IMG/VR virus record: IMGVR_UViG_3300034418_003291
DNA from: an uncultured virus (IMG/VR IMGVR_UViG_3300034418_003291)
Lineage: Duplodnaviria; Heunggongvirae; Uroviricota; Caudoviricetes
Reading direction: 5' to 3' (one strand)
Length of the DNA stretch: 20,000 nucleotides
The position numbers and the translations under genes were made by a program. Of the stretch, positions 8,904 through 17,322 are shown piece after piece. Below the pieces are notes generated by a model that saw only the letters and a program-made list of their open reading frames with translations, was not told the DNA's origin and made no database searches. How positions within the stretch are numbered: position 1 is the stretch's first letter; each line of letters begins with the position of its first letter.

Positions 8904-9074
8904 ATGGAGATTATCACACAAATTCTAGGGTTCCTTGCCTGGGCTTACATTACAGCAGGAATATTCTTTGCTTACAGCGCAAGAAAGGTGTACGACCTAT
9001 CTGCGATGGATTCTTTAAAGGTTGTGTTTACAGCACCTTACGAGTGGCTTGCAACAAAGTTTCGCAAGAAGTAA
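8904..9074 (+). CDS. Small membrane protein (56 aa, not in ORF track)
   Basis: MEIITQILGFLAWAYITAGIFFAYSARKVY...ATKFRKK*, filling the gap before a promoter. Confidence 0.6.
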   Translation: MEIITQILGFLAWAYITAGIFFAYSARKVYDLSAMDSLKVVFTAPYEWLATKFRKK

Positions 9075-9077
9075 AGA

Positions 9078-9133
9078 TTTTTCGTTTGGGTACTTGTTTG
9101 GGTGAGCAGATGGTGTAGACTCTCTGCTAACCC
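9078..9133 (+). promoter_or_regulatory. sigma70-type promoter A with hairpin around -10
   Basis: TTGTTT (9094-9099), 16-nt spacer, TG-TAGACT (9116-9121). It shares TTTGGGTACTTGTT and GATGGTGTAGA with promoter B. Confidence 0.7.
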
Positions 9134-9148
9134 GCACCCGAAGCAACC

Positions 9149-9502
9149 ATGAAACAAGCCCTCCTTACTAGCACTCTCCTGGATACACGCCACAAGACGG
9201 TTAAGACCCGCGATCTTCTGTGGGTTATGATTCCCGTTCCCGGTGTGCGTAAAGATCAAGTCACGGTCATCGAAAGTCGTAAGCAGACTTCTCCTTTGCT
9301 GTCTGTAGATTTCACCGAAATGGACTTGTCCAACTTCTTTGATGAAGATCCTCCCAAGGGTTATATCAACCACAAGTTCCCTCTCGACCACTACAACTTT
9401 TTGGGAGCAGAGCTTGACCTCGGTGTTTTGATTCTTGGGTTCCAGGAAATCAAAGAGGACGAACAGTACAGCTACAAGAGTCAAGTTCATACTGTCAAGT
9501 AA
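9149..9502 (+). CDS. Small heat-shock protein (Hsp20/alpha-crystallin-like), divergent
   Basis: IPVPGVRKDQVTV and AELDLGVLIL match the 'PG..k..i.V' and 'A.l..GvL.i' motifs. Confidence 0.6.
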   Translation: MKQALLTSTLLDTRHKTVKTRDLLWVMIPVPGVRKDQVTVIESRKQTSPLLSVDFTEMDLSNFFDEDPPKGYINHKFPLDHYNFLGAELDLGVLILGFQEIKEDEQYSYKSQVHTVK

Positions 9503-9517
9503 AACATAATTTGGGTT

Positions 9518-9594
<77 letters not shown>

Positions 9595-9652
9595 ATCCAA
9601 GTTCACTTCGTCTACACCACTTCTTCACAGAATAAAAACTACATACTGGGAA

Positions 9653-9760
9653 ATGGAATCAATCGTAACTTTCTTTACTGTAACCCTCGTAACGCTTTGT
9701 CTGTGTTACGCAATCGGTAGTATCTACCTCCACATTACAAATGATGAGCATTTGGACTAA
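9653..9760 (+). CDS. Small single-pass membrane peptide (35 aa)
   Basis: MESIVTFFTVTLVTLCLCYAIGSIYLHITNDEHLD*. Confidence 0.45.
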   Translation: MESIVTFFTVTLVTLCLCYAIGSIYLHITNDEHLD

Positions 9761-9914
9761 ACTTTGGATCTGGTTCAACCGACCTTTCTGTTGGATTTTT
9801 GGCTGCACTGGCGAAACTGTTTTCATTCACGACGAATTTTGGAACAAAAAGTTCCCACGCACTAAGTGTCGTTTCTGTTCAAGGGATATGGATAACGATG
9901 AGTTATACCTGTAA
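9741..9914 (+). CDS. Small Cys-rich protein (57 aa), DUF1660-like pattern
   Basis: MMSIWTKLWIWFNRPFCWIFGC...TKCRFCSR...; the CxxFG[C/H]...CxxC pattern. Short overlaps with both neighbours. Confidence 0.5.
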   Translation: MMSIWTKLWIWFNRPFCWIFGCTGETVFIHDEFWNKKFPRTKCRFCSRDMDNDELYL

Positions 9915-10113
9915 GTGGAAAAGATGCCGACAGCAACTAGACATCGGTGTACGGTCAAGTAATAACGGAGCAGACTATTGGTTGTGCCAAGAACATTGGA
10001 AGCAGCTATGTAATGTTTCTAACGAACTTTGTGCTGATGTCCACAAGATGTGTAAACCTCTTCCAAAGGAAGATAAACCCCCACCTAAACGAAAGCCCAC
10101 ACGAAGGCGATAA
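9898..10113 (+). CDS. Small zinc-finger-like protein with basic tail
   Basis: ATG 9898 preferred over the track's 9799 start. MSYTCKWKRC...LCQEHW...KRKPTRRR. Confidence 0.55.
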   Translation: MSYTCKWKRCRQQLDIGVRSSNNGADYWLCQEHWKQLCNVSNELCADVHKMCKPLPKEDKPPPKRKPTRRR

Positions 10114-10127
10114 CAAACTTAAAAACA

Positions 10128-10325
10128 ATGGAACTTTTCATTTTATTCCTGGTCTTTTGCTGGCTTTTCGGAGGAGGATCTTCCGATAGCTCTAGAGATG
10201 AAAGCTCTAATGAGATCAATCCTATGGGAGACGGTCCATATTATTTTCACCCTAGCGATACTACGGACGAGATCCTCAAAAAGTCCGAACTAAATAGACA
10301 GTATCGAGATAAGTGGAAAGACTAG
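10128..10325 (+). CDS. Small N-terminally anchored membrane protein
   Basis: MELFILFLVFCWLFGGGSS..., 65 aa. Confidence 0.6.
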   Translation: MELFILFLVFCWLFGGGSSDSSRDESSNEINPMGDGPYYFHPSDTTDEILKKSELNRQYRDKWKD

Positions 10326-10328
10326 ATA
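10322..10328 (+). promoter_or_regulatory. Late-promoter-like CTAGATA
   Basis: CTAGATA-ctgt-ATG 10333, the same spacing as the left-block late promoters. Confidence 0.45.
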
Positions 10329-10332
10329 CTGT

Positions 10333-10521
10333 ATGAACATTATCCGCAAAAGGCAATTAGCGAGAGCCGCTGCCCTTGCTGCGAAAAAAGCAGAAACTGC
10401 CCAAGAACCCCAAGTTGTAGAAGAAAATGTTGAGACTGAACCTGTCAAGCCTACTACAGAAAGAAAATCAGGTACTGGAAAAGCTGCTCGTAAGCCAAAA
10501 GCTGCCAAGCCAAAAGACTAG
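10333..10521 (+). CDS. Small Lys/Ala-rich, probably disordered protein
   Basis: 62 aa with basic ends and an acidic middle. Confidence 0.65.
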   Translation: MNIIRKRQLARAAALAAKKAETAQEPQVVEENVETEPVKPTTERKSGTGKAARKPKAAKPKD

Positions 10522-10918
10522 AGATACGGTAAACAATATCCTCGGCAAACGGGCTGAGGAATTGGTTCAAACCGCTTTGATGGAAGACCCAGATCCACTT
10601 AGTGTGATCGCGGCAATCACCGTTCTAGAAGCATTTGTTGAGTGGCAATCTTCTCTCACAGCCTCTGAAGGAAAGCGGTATAACAAAGAGGTTAAATACC
10701 TCGTAAGTCTCCTTTCACAATCTCTCGTAGCAGAAACTCCTGAAATCGAGTTTAAGCTCACTAGATACTTTAGATTGTTTGATGCGTCAGGAACTCCTTC
10801 TGAGCCTCCAAAATGCGAATTCTTGGAGGAATCAGAGAAGGACTATATGCTTTCTGATGCGGAGCTACAAGCTCATTGGGATCTGAGTTTTGAAGAAGAC
10901 GATCCTGAGAACTTGTAA
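10427..10918 (+). CDS. Hypothetical acidic protein (start uncertain, probably downstream of 10521)
   Basis: Open frame to TAA 10918. Candidate starts are TTG 10562 or ATG 10579. Confidence 0.55.
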   Translation: MLRLNLSSLLQKENQVLEKLLVSQKLPSQKTRDTVNNILGKRAEELVQTALMEDPDPLSVIAAITVLEAFVEWQSSLTASEGKRYNKEVKYLVSLLSQSLVAETPEIEFKLTRYFRLFDASGTPSEPPKCEFLEESEKDYMLSDAELQAHWDLSFEEDDPENL

Positions 10919-10920
10919 AG

Positions 10921-10981
10921 TTTTTTCATTTGGGTACTTGTTCATGTCGCAGGATGGTGTAGAATGTCTGCGACATGAACA
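10921..10981 (+). promoter_or_regulatory. sigma70-type promoter B inside a 14-bp perfect inverted repeat
   Basis: TTGTTC (10938-10943), 16-nt spacer, TG-TAGAAT (10960-10965). Arms are 10939-10952 and 10968-10981, and the right arm contains ATG 10975. Confidence 0.75.
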
Positions 10982-11556
10982 TCTTCCCCCTCGTCGCAGA
11001 CAGCACCGATCCTCACGGAGTTGATTGGAAAGAGTCTGCTATCGTGCAAGACGATTTGCGTGTGGTCAAAATGACTACCGAGTCTTGCCAGATGCTTGGA
11101 TCATGCGCTGTTCAGTACGGCATGGATTCTTCCTTGTACCACCAAAAGTGTGCCAAGCATCACTTTAAGCATCCATCATACCTTTGGACAACTGCTTCTT
11201 CTTCTAACTACGAAGCACTTCTGTTTCATGCGGAATGCCTTCTGGCTGAGTGCTATCGTCGCTTCAACCGTCCAAAGGGTTACTACAAGAAGTGGGAAGA
11301 AGCAATGTGGAACTACCACGAATGGTTCACATTGAACTCATGCAAGTTTCCTGATTCCATTCCTACGAAGCTGCCATTGTGCATGGGATCAGAACCACAA
11401 TACATCAACGAAGAAGATGTTGTTGGCAGCTACCAAAGGTACTACGCAAACAAACCTCTTTTGCGTTATGTCCGCAAAGAAATCCCACAGTTCGTCCTAG
11501 ATCTAAGAGAAACCCACAGACCCGAAATCATTACTAAAAATGTTGCAGACCTCTAA
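10975..11556 (+). CDS. Pyrimidine-dimer DNA glycosylase (DenV/endonuclease V-like family)
   Basis: MNIF...DDLRVVKMTTESCQML...HFKHPS..W...S..NY...ECYRRF...YQRYY matches the widespread phage 'MNIF..D.HVVKM..E..QmL..H.nHP..W' family. Confidence 0.7.
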   Translation: MNIFPLVADSTDPHGVDWKESAIVQDDLRVVKMTTESCQMLGSCAVQYGMDSSLYHQKCAKHHFKHPSYLWTTASSSNYEALLFHAECLLAECYRRFNRPKGYYKKWEEAMWNYHEWFTLNSCKFPDSIPTKLPLCMGSEPQYINEEDVVGSYQRYYANKPLLRYVRKEIPQFVLDLRETHRPEIITKNVADL

Positions 11557-12391
11557 CTTCGTTGTCGATCCTACTAAGGAGAAGATCCTTCAACAATACA
11601 TCAAGAGCGGATCTAATGTTCTTGTGTTTGGACCGACTGGTACTGGTAAAACTACTTTGTGCCAGAAGGTAGCAGAAGATCTCAAGATGAACTTCTTTGT
11701 CATCAACCTTGGTTCTACCCAAGATGCTCGTTCCGCTCTGCTCGGAAACCTGACTCTCAAGGACTCAAGCACCGAGTTCCAAGTTTCTGAGTTCATCAAG
11801 AACATTCAGACTCCTAACACTTTGGTTGTTCTGGATGAGGTTTCCCGTGCATCGAAAGACTGCATGAACATTCTGTTCCCTTTGCTCGACGGTCGTAAAG
11901 AAGTTTCGATTGAAGAGTCCGAAGGTGATCGAATCATTGAGGTTGCAGAAGGTGTTCGTTTCATTGGAACTGCTAACATCGGTGTGGAATATTCTGCTAC
12001 CCATGTTATTGACCGTGCATTGCGAGATCGCTTTGTTCCTTTTCATCTTCCTTACCTTACCGGGGATCAGTTGATGGGTTACCTGTTGAACCGATTCTAC
12101 AATTTGCTCACTAACGAAGATGTGAGGCGGGATGCTAGAACGCTTTGCGACCTTTACACTTACACCCACGAACAAAAGCGTCAAGACAACTTGAGCGAAG
12201 AGATTTCTCCACGCTCTATCATTGAAGCTATGCCTCTTCTTGGTGTGTTTCCTTTGGAGGCAATCATTCGTAATGTGATTCTGACTCCTTACATGGCAGA
12301 CTCCTCTTCAACCGAAGAAGAAGTCTCTCTCATCCTTCAAAAGTGCGACTACATGGGAATTCTCTCACATGGATACCCCAACCCCTTCTAA
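11540..12391 (+). CDS. AAA+ ATPase (CobS/MoxR/CbbQ-NorQ type)
   Basis: Walker A GPTGTGKT, Walker B VVLDE, sensor-1 GTAN, DRALRDRF arginine finger, ISPR sensor-2. Confidence 0.9.
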   Translation: MLQTSNFVVDPTKEKILQQYIKSGSNVLVFGPTGTGKTTLCQKVAEDLKMNFFVINLGSTQDARSALLGNLTLKDSSTEFQVSEFIKNIQTPNTLVVLDEVSRASKDCMNILFPLLDGRKEVSIEESEGDRIIEVAEGVRFIGTANIGVEYSATHVIDRALRDRFVPFHLPYLTGDQLMGYLLNRFYNLLTNEDVRRDARTLCDLYTYTHEQKRQDNLSEEISPRSIIEAMPLLGVFPLEAIIRNVILTPYMADSSSTEEEVSLILQKCDYMGILSHGYPNPF

Positions 12392-13655
12392 ACTGGAATT
12401 CGATTCTACTGTCGAGGTCGATGCAGATCTCGTTAGCATCTGGAGTAACACCCCCATGCGGGGTGTCACTCCCGCCACAATCAACTCCTTCCAAACCCAA
12501 GTATCTCGATACAAAGATGTTTTTGGAATTGACGATGTAAAGATTTGTTTCAGAAGTGATACCACTCCGTGCATTGATCTTAGCACTAGGCAGATTTACC
12601 TACCTATCAAGACAATCTCAGAGGGTCGGTTTGATGAGGCTGCTAACTCAATCATGCATGAGCTTCTTCATGCAAAGCACTCTCCAAAATTCTCCAACGC
12701 AGTTGGAATGATGTACAATTACTTGGAGAAGTCTTCGGAGAACATCATCGATTCTGTTACCAATTCTCCTGTATATCGTCACCTTCCTAACAGTAATAGC
12801 GAAGCGTGGAAAGAACGCTTCCTGATGTCTGTTTTCGGTGTGGACAACTACTCCAAGATCGAGGACAGTATTTCTACAGGAGTCGTTTCGTTCATCAAAG
12901 ACTCAATCCAAGCTATGTTCTCTGTTTGGAACTGCTTTGAAGATATTCGTGTGGACTCACTCATCCCACCGACTTTGAAAAAGTACCAAACAAAGTTTGA
13001 GAAGCGTACTTGGCATGAAGTACACAAAGAAGGGTTTTTGAACAACCTAGCATCTTTGGAGGAACAAGAACAAGGTATCGATCATCCAATGGCTTTGGGT
13101 TGCAAGGCTCTTCTCCACTTCAAAGAGATGATGCCATTCTCAAAAGACACCCGTAGGTTCGATCAAACCAAGATCGTAAAGTCCCATGAGAGTATGTGGA
13201 ATCACTTTACGAGTGTAATGGAAGAAGAGTTCAAGCATTTGTTTGCGAGTATCTGGGAGAAGCACAATTCTCAGGAAGCATCTCAAAATAAAGATGAACT
13301 TAATTGGGCAAAGCTCTTGGGAGATGAAGATTGCGACAGTAAGGATACTCTTGGCACTTTGTCCGAACAATTCTTCCGTGAATCTATGATTGAGGAATCC
13401 GAAGGAGAAAGAGTTGACAATGGAAAGGAGGACATCTACTCTGACGAATCTAAACTGAAAGCTCCTACACAAGAGCAAGTTAGACACTTGTTTGACGAAG
13501 AGACTACTTTCGCAGATGCCCTTCAAGAAGAAGGCACGAGAAAGTTTCTCGATGCTGCTGAAACTGAAAGACTTGAACTGTTTAAGAAATCTATCGTAGT
13601 AACCTCTTCGATGGACAACTTCACTCACGAATCCGCTGTAATTAACCTGCTGTAA
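12369..13655 (+). CDS. HExxH metallopeptidase-like protein (CobT N-terminal-like) with acidic C-terminus
   Basis: IMHELLHAKHS plus downstream NCFEDIRVD (N..ED.R), adjacent to AAA+ and vWA genes. Confidence 0.7.
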   Translation: MDTPTPSKLEFDSTVEVDADLVSIWSNTPMRGVTPATINSFQTQVSRYKDVFGIDDVKICFRSDTTPCIDLSTRQIYLPIKTISEGRFDEAANSIMHELLHAKHSPKFSNAVGMMYNYLEKSSENIIDSVTNSPVYRHLPNSNSEAWKERFLMSVFGVDNYSKIEDSISTGVVSFIKDSIQAMFSVWNCFEDIRVDSLIPPTLKKYQTKFEKRTWHEVHKEGFLNNLASLEEQEQGIDHPMALGCKALLHFKEMMPFSKDTRRFDQTKIVKSHESMWNHFTSVMEEEFKHLFASIWEKHNSQEASQNKDELNWAKLLGDEDCDSKDTLGTLSEQFFRESMIEESEGERVDNGKEDIYSDESKLKAPTQEQVRHLFDEETTFADALQEEGTRKFLDAAETERLELFKKSIVVTSSMDNFTHESAVINLL

Positions 13656-13656
13656 A

Positions 13657-14163
13657 ATGTCTACAAAACTGCCAAATAAAAAAGCCGCTAACATCCTAAC
13701 GGAAGTAACTCCTGAGTCTCTTAAAGAGATCAAAAAGGAAGTTAGCTCTGTCTTGAAAAGGGTGAACGAAACTATTACCGCTTGGGGTTCTTATGAAATC
13801 CTTATGCATCCTTTGGCACAAGCTGCGTGGGAAGCAAAGAAACCCCGATATGCGGAAGAGAGTGTCGAAAACAAGATCAAAGAGATCGCAAACTCTGCGG
13901 AGTCTACTGAAAAGATTGCAGGTGAGTACGCTGATTGGTATGACGAAACACACGAACGCCTTCAGTTGTTCACCGCTGTTTACTCTCAAATGGGTGATAC
14001 TCTCAATGATCTTCTTAGCATAATGTTTACCTCTTCCGCGTCAGGTCGTTACTGCCATAACCAGATTAAAAAAGGAGGTCTCCGTTCCCAACAACTCTTA
14101 GAATGGATTCCTACTCCCACTCAGTTTAAAGAAAGCCTGGAGAGGATTAGAAACAATGCATAG
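13657..14163 (+). CDS. Hypothetical helical protein within the AAA+/vWA module
   Basis: 168 aa, starting 1 nt after the upstream stop and overlapping the downstream start. Confidence 0.7.
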   Translation: MSTKLPNKKAANILTEVTPESLKEIKKEVSSVLKRVNETITAWGSYEILMHPLAQAAWEAKKPRYAEESVENKIKEIANSAESTEKIAGEYADWYDETHERLQLFTAVYSQMGDTLNDLLSIMFTSSASGRYCHNQIKKGGLRSQQLLEWIPTPTQFKESLERIRNNA

Positions 14164-15061
14164 TGGATTCAACCGTGTTGTCGTAGGAGGAGGGTTCTCC
14201 AAAGAGAACCTTTTCAGAATGGCTGCGACGAATGTTCGTAAGGATCTTTTCAAGAAGTATTACAGCAAGTTCTCCCGATACGCTCAACAACTCTTGGAGT
14301 ACCACTCCTTTGTTCCTGAGTTGTCTGACAAAGGTAAACTGAACAAAAGGCGTGTACCTCACTTCCTGTCCTCTGATCGACTGTTCGACATTCGTGTAGA
14401 CGAGAAAAACAGCAGAACTACTGTTGTTATTCTTCTGGACGGTTCTGGGTCGATGAGGATGAAGGACCGTCAAGGAGCTTCACGGTTCGATAAAGCAGTT
14501 TCTGTTGCCGCTGCTTTTGCCAAGATGTGTGAAGTTGATCTTCGCGGTAAGATCGGTGTAGAAGTTTACATGAAGTTGCAGAACCGATACAGCATGGGAG
14601 ACAAGGAGATTTCTACCCCTATGTCTTTCGTGTGTTACTCAAGCACTCAGAAGAAATCCTACAAGAAGCTACTGAGTTTGTATTGCGGGTTTCCCGATGA
14701 GAATGGATCTAGCTCTTACACCCCAGAAAATCGCTGCCTTCCCGCCATCGTCAAAGATTGCAACCGTCGTGTGCCAGGAAAAAAAGTGTTCGTAAACCTG
14801 ACTGACGGTGAAAGCCAAGATGATTTAGTGAGAGGTTGTGACGGAAGTAAAACGACTCCTCCTAACGACTTTCAAAAGCGTCTACTAAAGAAGTACACCA
14901 AGGTCATCGAAATGTACACTCTTTTGATTGGCTTCCCATTCGTTAGCAAGCATCACTACCAAAACTACGGTAAAAATGTAATTGCTGCTAACGATGCCAA
15001 CTTCATCGGAACCTTCGTCAAGTCCCTCAAAAAGATCATGGAGAAAGATTTTGAAAACTAA
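14156..15061 (+). CDS. von Willebrand factor A domain protein (CobT C-terminal-like)
   Basis: MIDAS VVILLDGSGSM, TPE and NLTDG, preceded by a CobT-type GKLNKRR...RLF segment. Confidence 0.85.
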   Translation: MHSGFNRVVVGGGFSKENLFRMAATNVRKDLFKKYYSKFSRYAQQLLEYHSFVPELSDKGKLNKRRVPHFLSSDRLFDIRVDEKNSRTTVVILLDGSGSMRMKDRQGASRFDKAVSVAAAFAKMCEVDLRGKIGVEVYMKLQNRYSMGDKEISTPMSFVCYSSTQKKSYKKLLSLYCGFPDENGSSSYTPENRCLPAIVKDCNRRVPGKKVFVNLTDGESQDDLVRGCDGSKTTPPNDFQKRLLKKYTKVIEMYTLLIGFPFVSKHHYQNYGKNVIAANDANFIGTFVKSLKKIMEKDFEN

Positions 15062-15518
15062 TGTCGTAAAAGTGCATATCCCGTATGCTCACACGAAAAA
15101 AGTAACCATCAATACTCCGCTACCCTCTAAAGGCGAGTATTACGGTGATAAAGTTGTAGAGCTTCTGGGAGACATTCTGAAAGAGTTTGAGATTCAGGGT
15201 ATCCGCTACTCCGACAAAGCGGGTAACACCGAATCGCCATTTTTCAAATCCTATCTTGACACCGTGTTGGGTATACGGACGCATTGGAGTAGGAGGGGTG
15301 GTGATGAAGCTAAATTTAAGTTTATGACCTCTCTGTTCCTCTTGGAGAACCCAGAAGTACAAGGTATTGTAGAGGGGGATTTTGGTCCTTCTCAAACGAT
15401 GTCCAGAGAAGATTTCGTGTCCTCCCTTAACTTAGAAAGCAATGACAAGTTCTACCTTCTAGATCGATTCCAAAAAGCCGTCAAAACCTACCGACAGTAC
15501 CATGCAAACCGTAACTAA
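15051..15518 (+). CDS. Hypothetical protein (probable TTG start at 15051)
   Basis: Same frame as track ORF 14982. GGAGA at 15040-15044 precedes TTG 15051. Confidence 0.6.
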   Translation: MKTNVVKVHIPYAHTKKVTINTPLPSKGEYYGDKVVELLGDILKEFEIQGIRYSDKAGNTESPFFKSYLDTVLGIRTHWSRRGGDEAKFKFMTSLFLLENPEVQGIVEGDFGPSQTMSREDFVSSLNLESNDKFYLLDRFQKAVKTYRQYHANRN

Positions 15519-16074
15519 CGAACAATGGAGTATTATCGAACAAAAGTTCGGTGGTCTAATGAGAGCAGCAGCAATGCGTGTTATGGGAGACAACAAAGCG
15601 AGAGACATCGAGGACAGTCTTCAAGAAACCCGCATGGCATCCATGAGTGCAACGATCTCTTACGCCAAGAAGAACAACCTGAAGTTTGAGGACTTCATCG
15701 ACACCGTAGACTTCTCCAAGTACATCAAGACTTCCATCTGGAACAAGAAAAGTCGTGTCGGCATGGAGATCACCAAGAAGTCCAATGTCCGCAATACCCT
15801 TTCCATTGAACCAGACCTCACCCAAGACCAACAACAGTTTTGTACAGATTTAGATCCAAGCTCTATTGTTTCTGCTCAATCTTTCAACGAACTGGACTTT
15901 GATAGTGATGAGAATATTGTCCTTCGTATGCTTGAAACAGATTCAGATTGTTACACGAAGGGCAGCGGTAGAATCAACATCGCATACCTAACTCAAAAGA
16001 CTGGTTTTACCCGCATCCATGTAGAGAAGATCATCTCTTCGTTGCAGAAAAAGCTAAAAGACTTCGATGATTAA
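15502..16074 (+). CDS. Phage RNA polymerase sigma factor (sigma-70 region 2 + region 4-like)
   Basis: DIEDSLQE and FSKYIKTSIWN (region 2-like), and a C-terminal HTH IAYLTQKTGFTRIHVEKIISSLQKKLK. Confidence 0.65.
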   Translation: MQTVTNEQWSIIEQKFGGLMRAAAMRVMGDNKARDIEDSLQETRMASMSATISYAKKNNLKFEDFIDTVDFSKYIKTSIWNKKSRVGMEITKKSNVRNTLSIEPDLTQDQQQFCTDLDPSSIVSAQSFNELDFDSDENIVLRMLETDSDCYTKGSGRINIAYLTQKTGFTRIHVEKIISSLQKKLKDFDD

Positions 16075-16387
16075 AATGAAATACTTCCCCCTCATCATTT
16101 CCCTGTCCATCCTGACCGTACTTCTAACACCTCTTGCAATCGCAACAAGCCTGAGTGCTAAGAGCTACCCGAAAGGATTCATTCCTTTCTGGTCGGATCA
16201 AAAAGGTGGTTACGAAACTACCCTCATCAACATTAACCAAATCGTTTCAATCACTCCAAGTTACGATGACACTACCAAGAGAAACCCAGAATCAGTTAGC
16301 CTGACCATTGAGTTCTCTAGCGGTAAGATCATCGAAGTAGATGAGGACTTTGAAGAATTTTACTCTCGCATCAGAGCTTCGCAATGA
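16067..16387 (+). CDS. Signal-peptide/membrane-anchored protein with FlbD-like domain
   Basis: Hydrophobic N-terminus and an ININQIVSI...IEFSSG..IEVDEDFEE pattern. Confidence 0.55.
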   Translation: MIKMKYFPLIISLSILTVLLTPLAIATSLSAKSYPKGFIPFWSDQKGGYETTLININQIVSITPSYDDTTKRNPESVSLTIEFSSGKIIEVDEDFEEFYSRIRASQ

Positions 16388-16427
16388 TTGACAATAACCC
16401 TTTCTGGGGTTCACCTTACCCAACGAA

Positions 16428-17150
16428 ATGATTACTCAAGAAGATCACACAACCTATCCTCTCGGAGACGGCATTGGCTTCGTCAACCTTGTAACTACAA
16501 TGGGAGACGATCTGACCACCGTAAACTCTGCACGGGTATCCTACGGTGGGATGTCTGAAGAACTGACTGAGCGAGACGAGAAGCTCATCAAGTATCTTGC
16601 TGAGAACAAGCATACGAGTCCGTTCCGACACGCTTTTATGACCTTCCAGGTGAAAGCACCCGAATTCGTAGCTCGTCAATGGTACAAGCATATTGTGGGA
16701 GCGTCTTTCACTTCTCCTGGGGATGCAATCTCTCATGGATGGAATGAGATCTCTGGTCGCTATGTTGAGTACGAACCAGAGTTCTACACTCCAGAAGTTT
16801 TGCGGGAGCAAGCAGAGTCCTCCAAACAAGCCAGCAAGGAGTCCAACACAGGTCTTATGCGTACAGCAGGAACCCTTCTCTATTGCTACACAGAGGAGTC
16901 CTACAAGCAGTATCAGAAGCTCCTAGACATGGGAGTAGCAAAGGAGCAAGCACGAATGGTGCTTCCCTTCAACACCTACACGGAGTTCTACTGGACAGCT
17001 TCCCTGCAAGCCGTAGCTCACTTCTGTGCCTTGCGAGATCACGAACACGCTCAACACGAAATCAGAGAGTACGCTAAAGCTCTAGACGAGTATGCGTCCG
17101 AAGCCTTCCCCGTTTCTTTTCAGTACCTAAAGGAGACCCATGATCTATGA
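16428..17150 (+). CDS. thyX: FAD-dependent thymidylate synthase
   Basis: Motifs NSARVSY, LIKYLAENKHTSPF, APEFVARQWYKH, WNEISGRY, GVAKEQARMVLP and LRDHEHAQHEIREYA. Confidence 0.95.
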   Translation: MITQEDHTTYPLGDGIGFVNLVTTMGDDLTTVNSARVSYGGMSEELTERDEKLIKYLAENKHTSPFRHAFMTFQVKAPEFVARQWYKHIVGASFTSPGDAISHGWNEISGRYVEYEPEFYTPEVLREQAESSKQASKESNTGLMRTAGTLLYCYTEESYKQYQKLLDMGVAKEQARMVLPFNTYTEFYWTASLQAVAHFCALRDHEHAQHEIREYAKALDEYASEAFPVSFQYLKETHDL

Positions 17151-17322
17151 ACATTACGATGACAAACTAGCCAAAATCGAGGACAGGCTGACTTTAATAG
17201 AACAGACCCTAACCAGGATTCAAGACCAACTAAACCAATGGCACGAAGAAAATCAGAAACTCTCAAGCAATACAGAAAGCGAAGAGGAAAAGGAAACAAG
17301 TGGAAATCTAAAGATCCACTAG
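17140..17322 (+). CDS. Small coiled-coil protein
   Basis: AAGGAG RBS before ATG 17140 and heptad pattern LAKIEDRLTLIEQTLTRIQDQL. Confidence 0.6.
   Translation: MIYEHYDDKLAKIEDRLTLIEQTLTRIQDQLNQWHEENQKLSSNTESEEEKETSGNLKIH

Noticed and set aside
16388..16420. Perfect TTGACA upstream of thyX
   Set aside because: No acceptable -10 at 16-18 nt; only a short AACCC/GGGTT hairpin follows.
16428..17150. Intron or intein in thyX
   Set aside because: The ORF is continuous and of normal length, with no intein end motifs.
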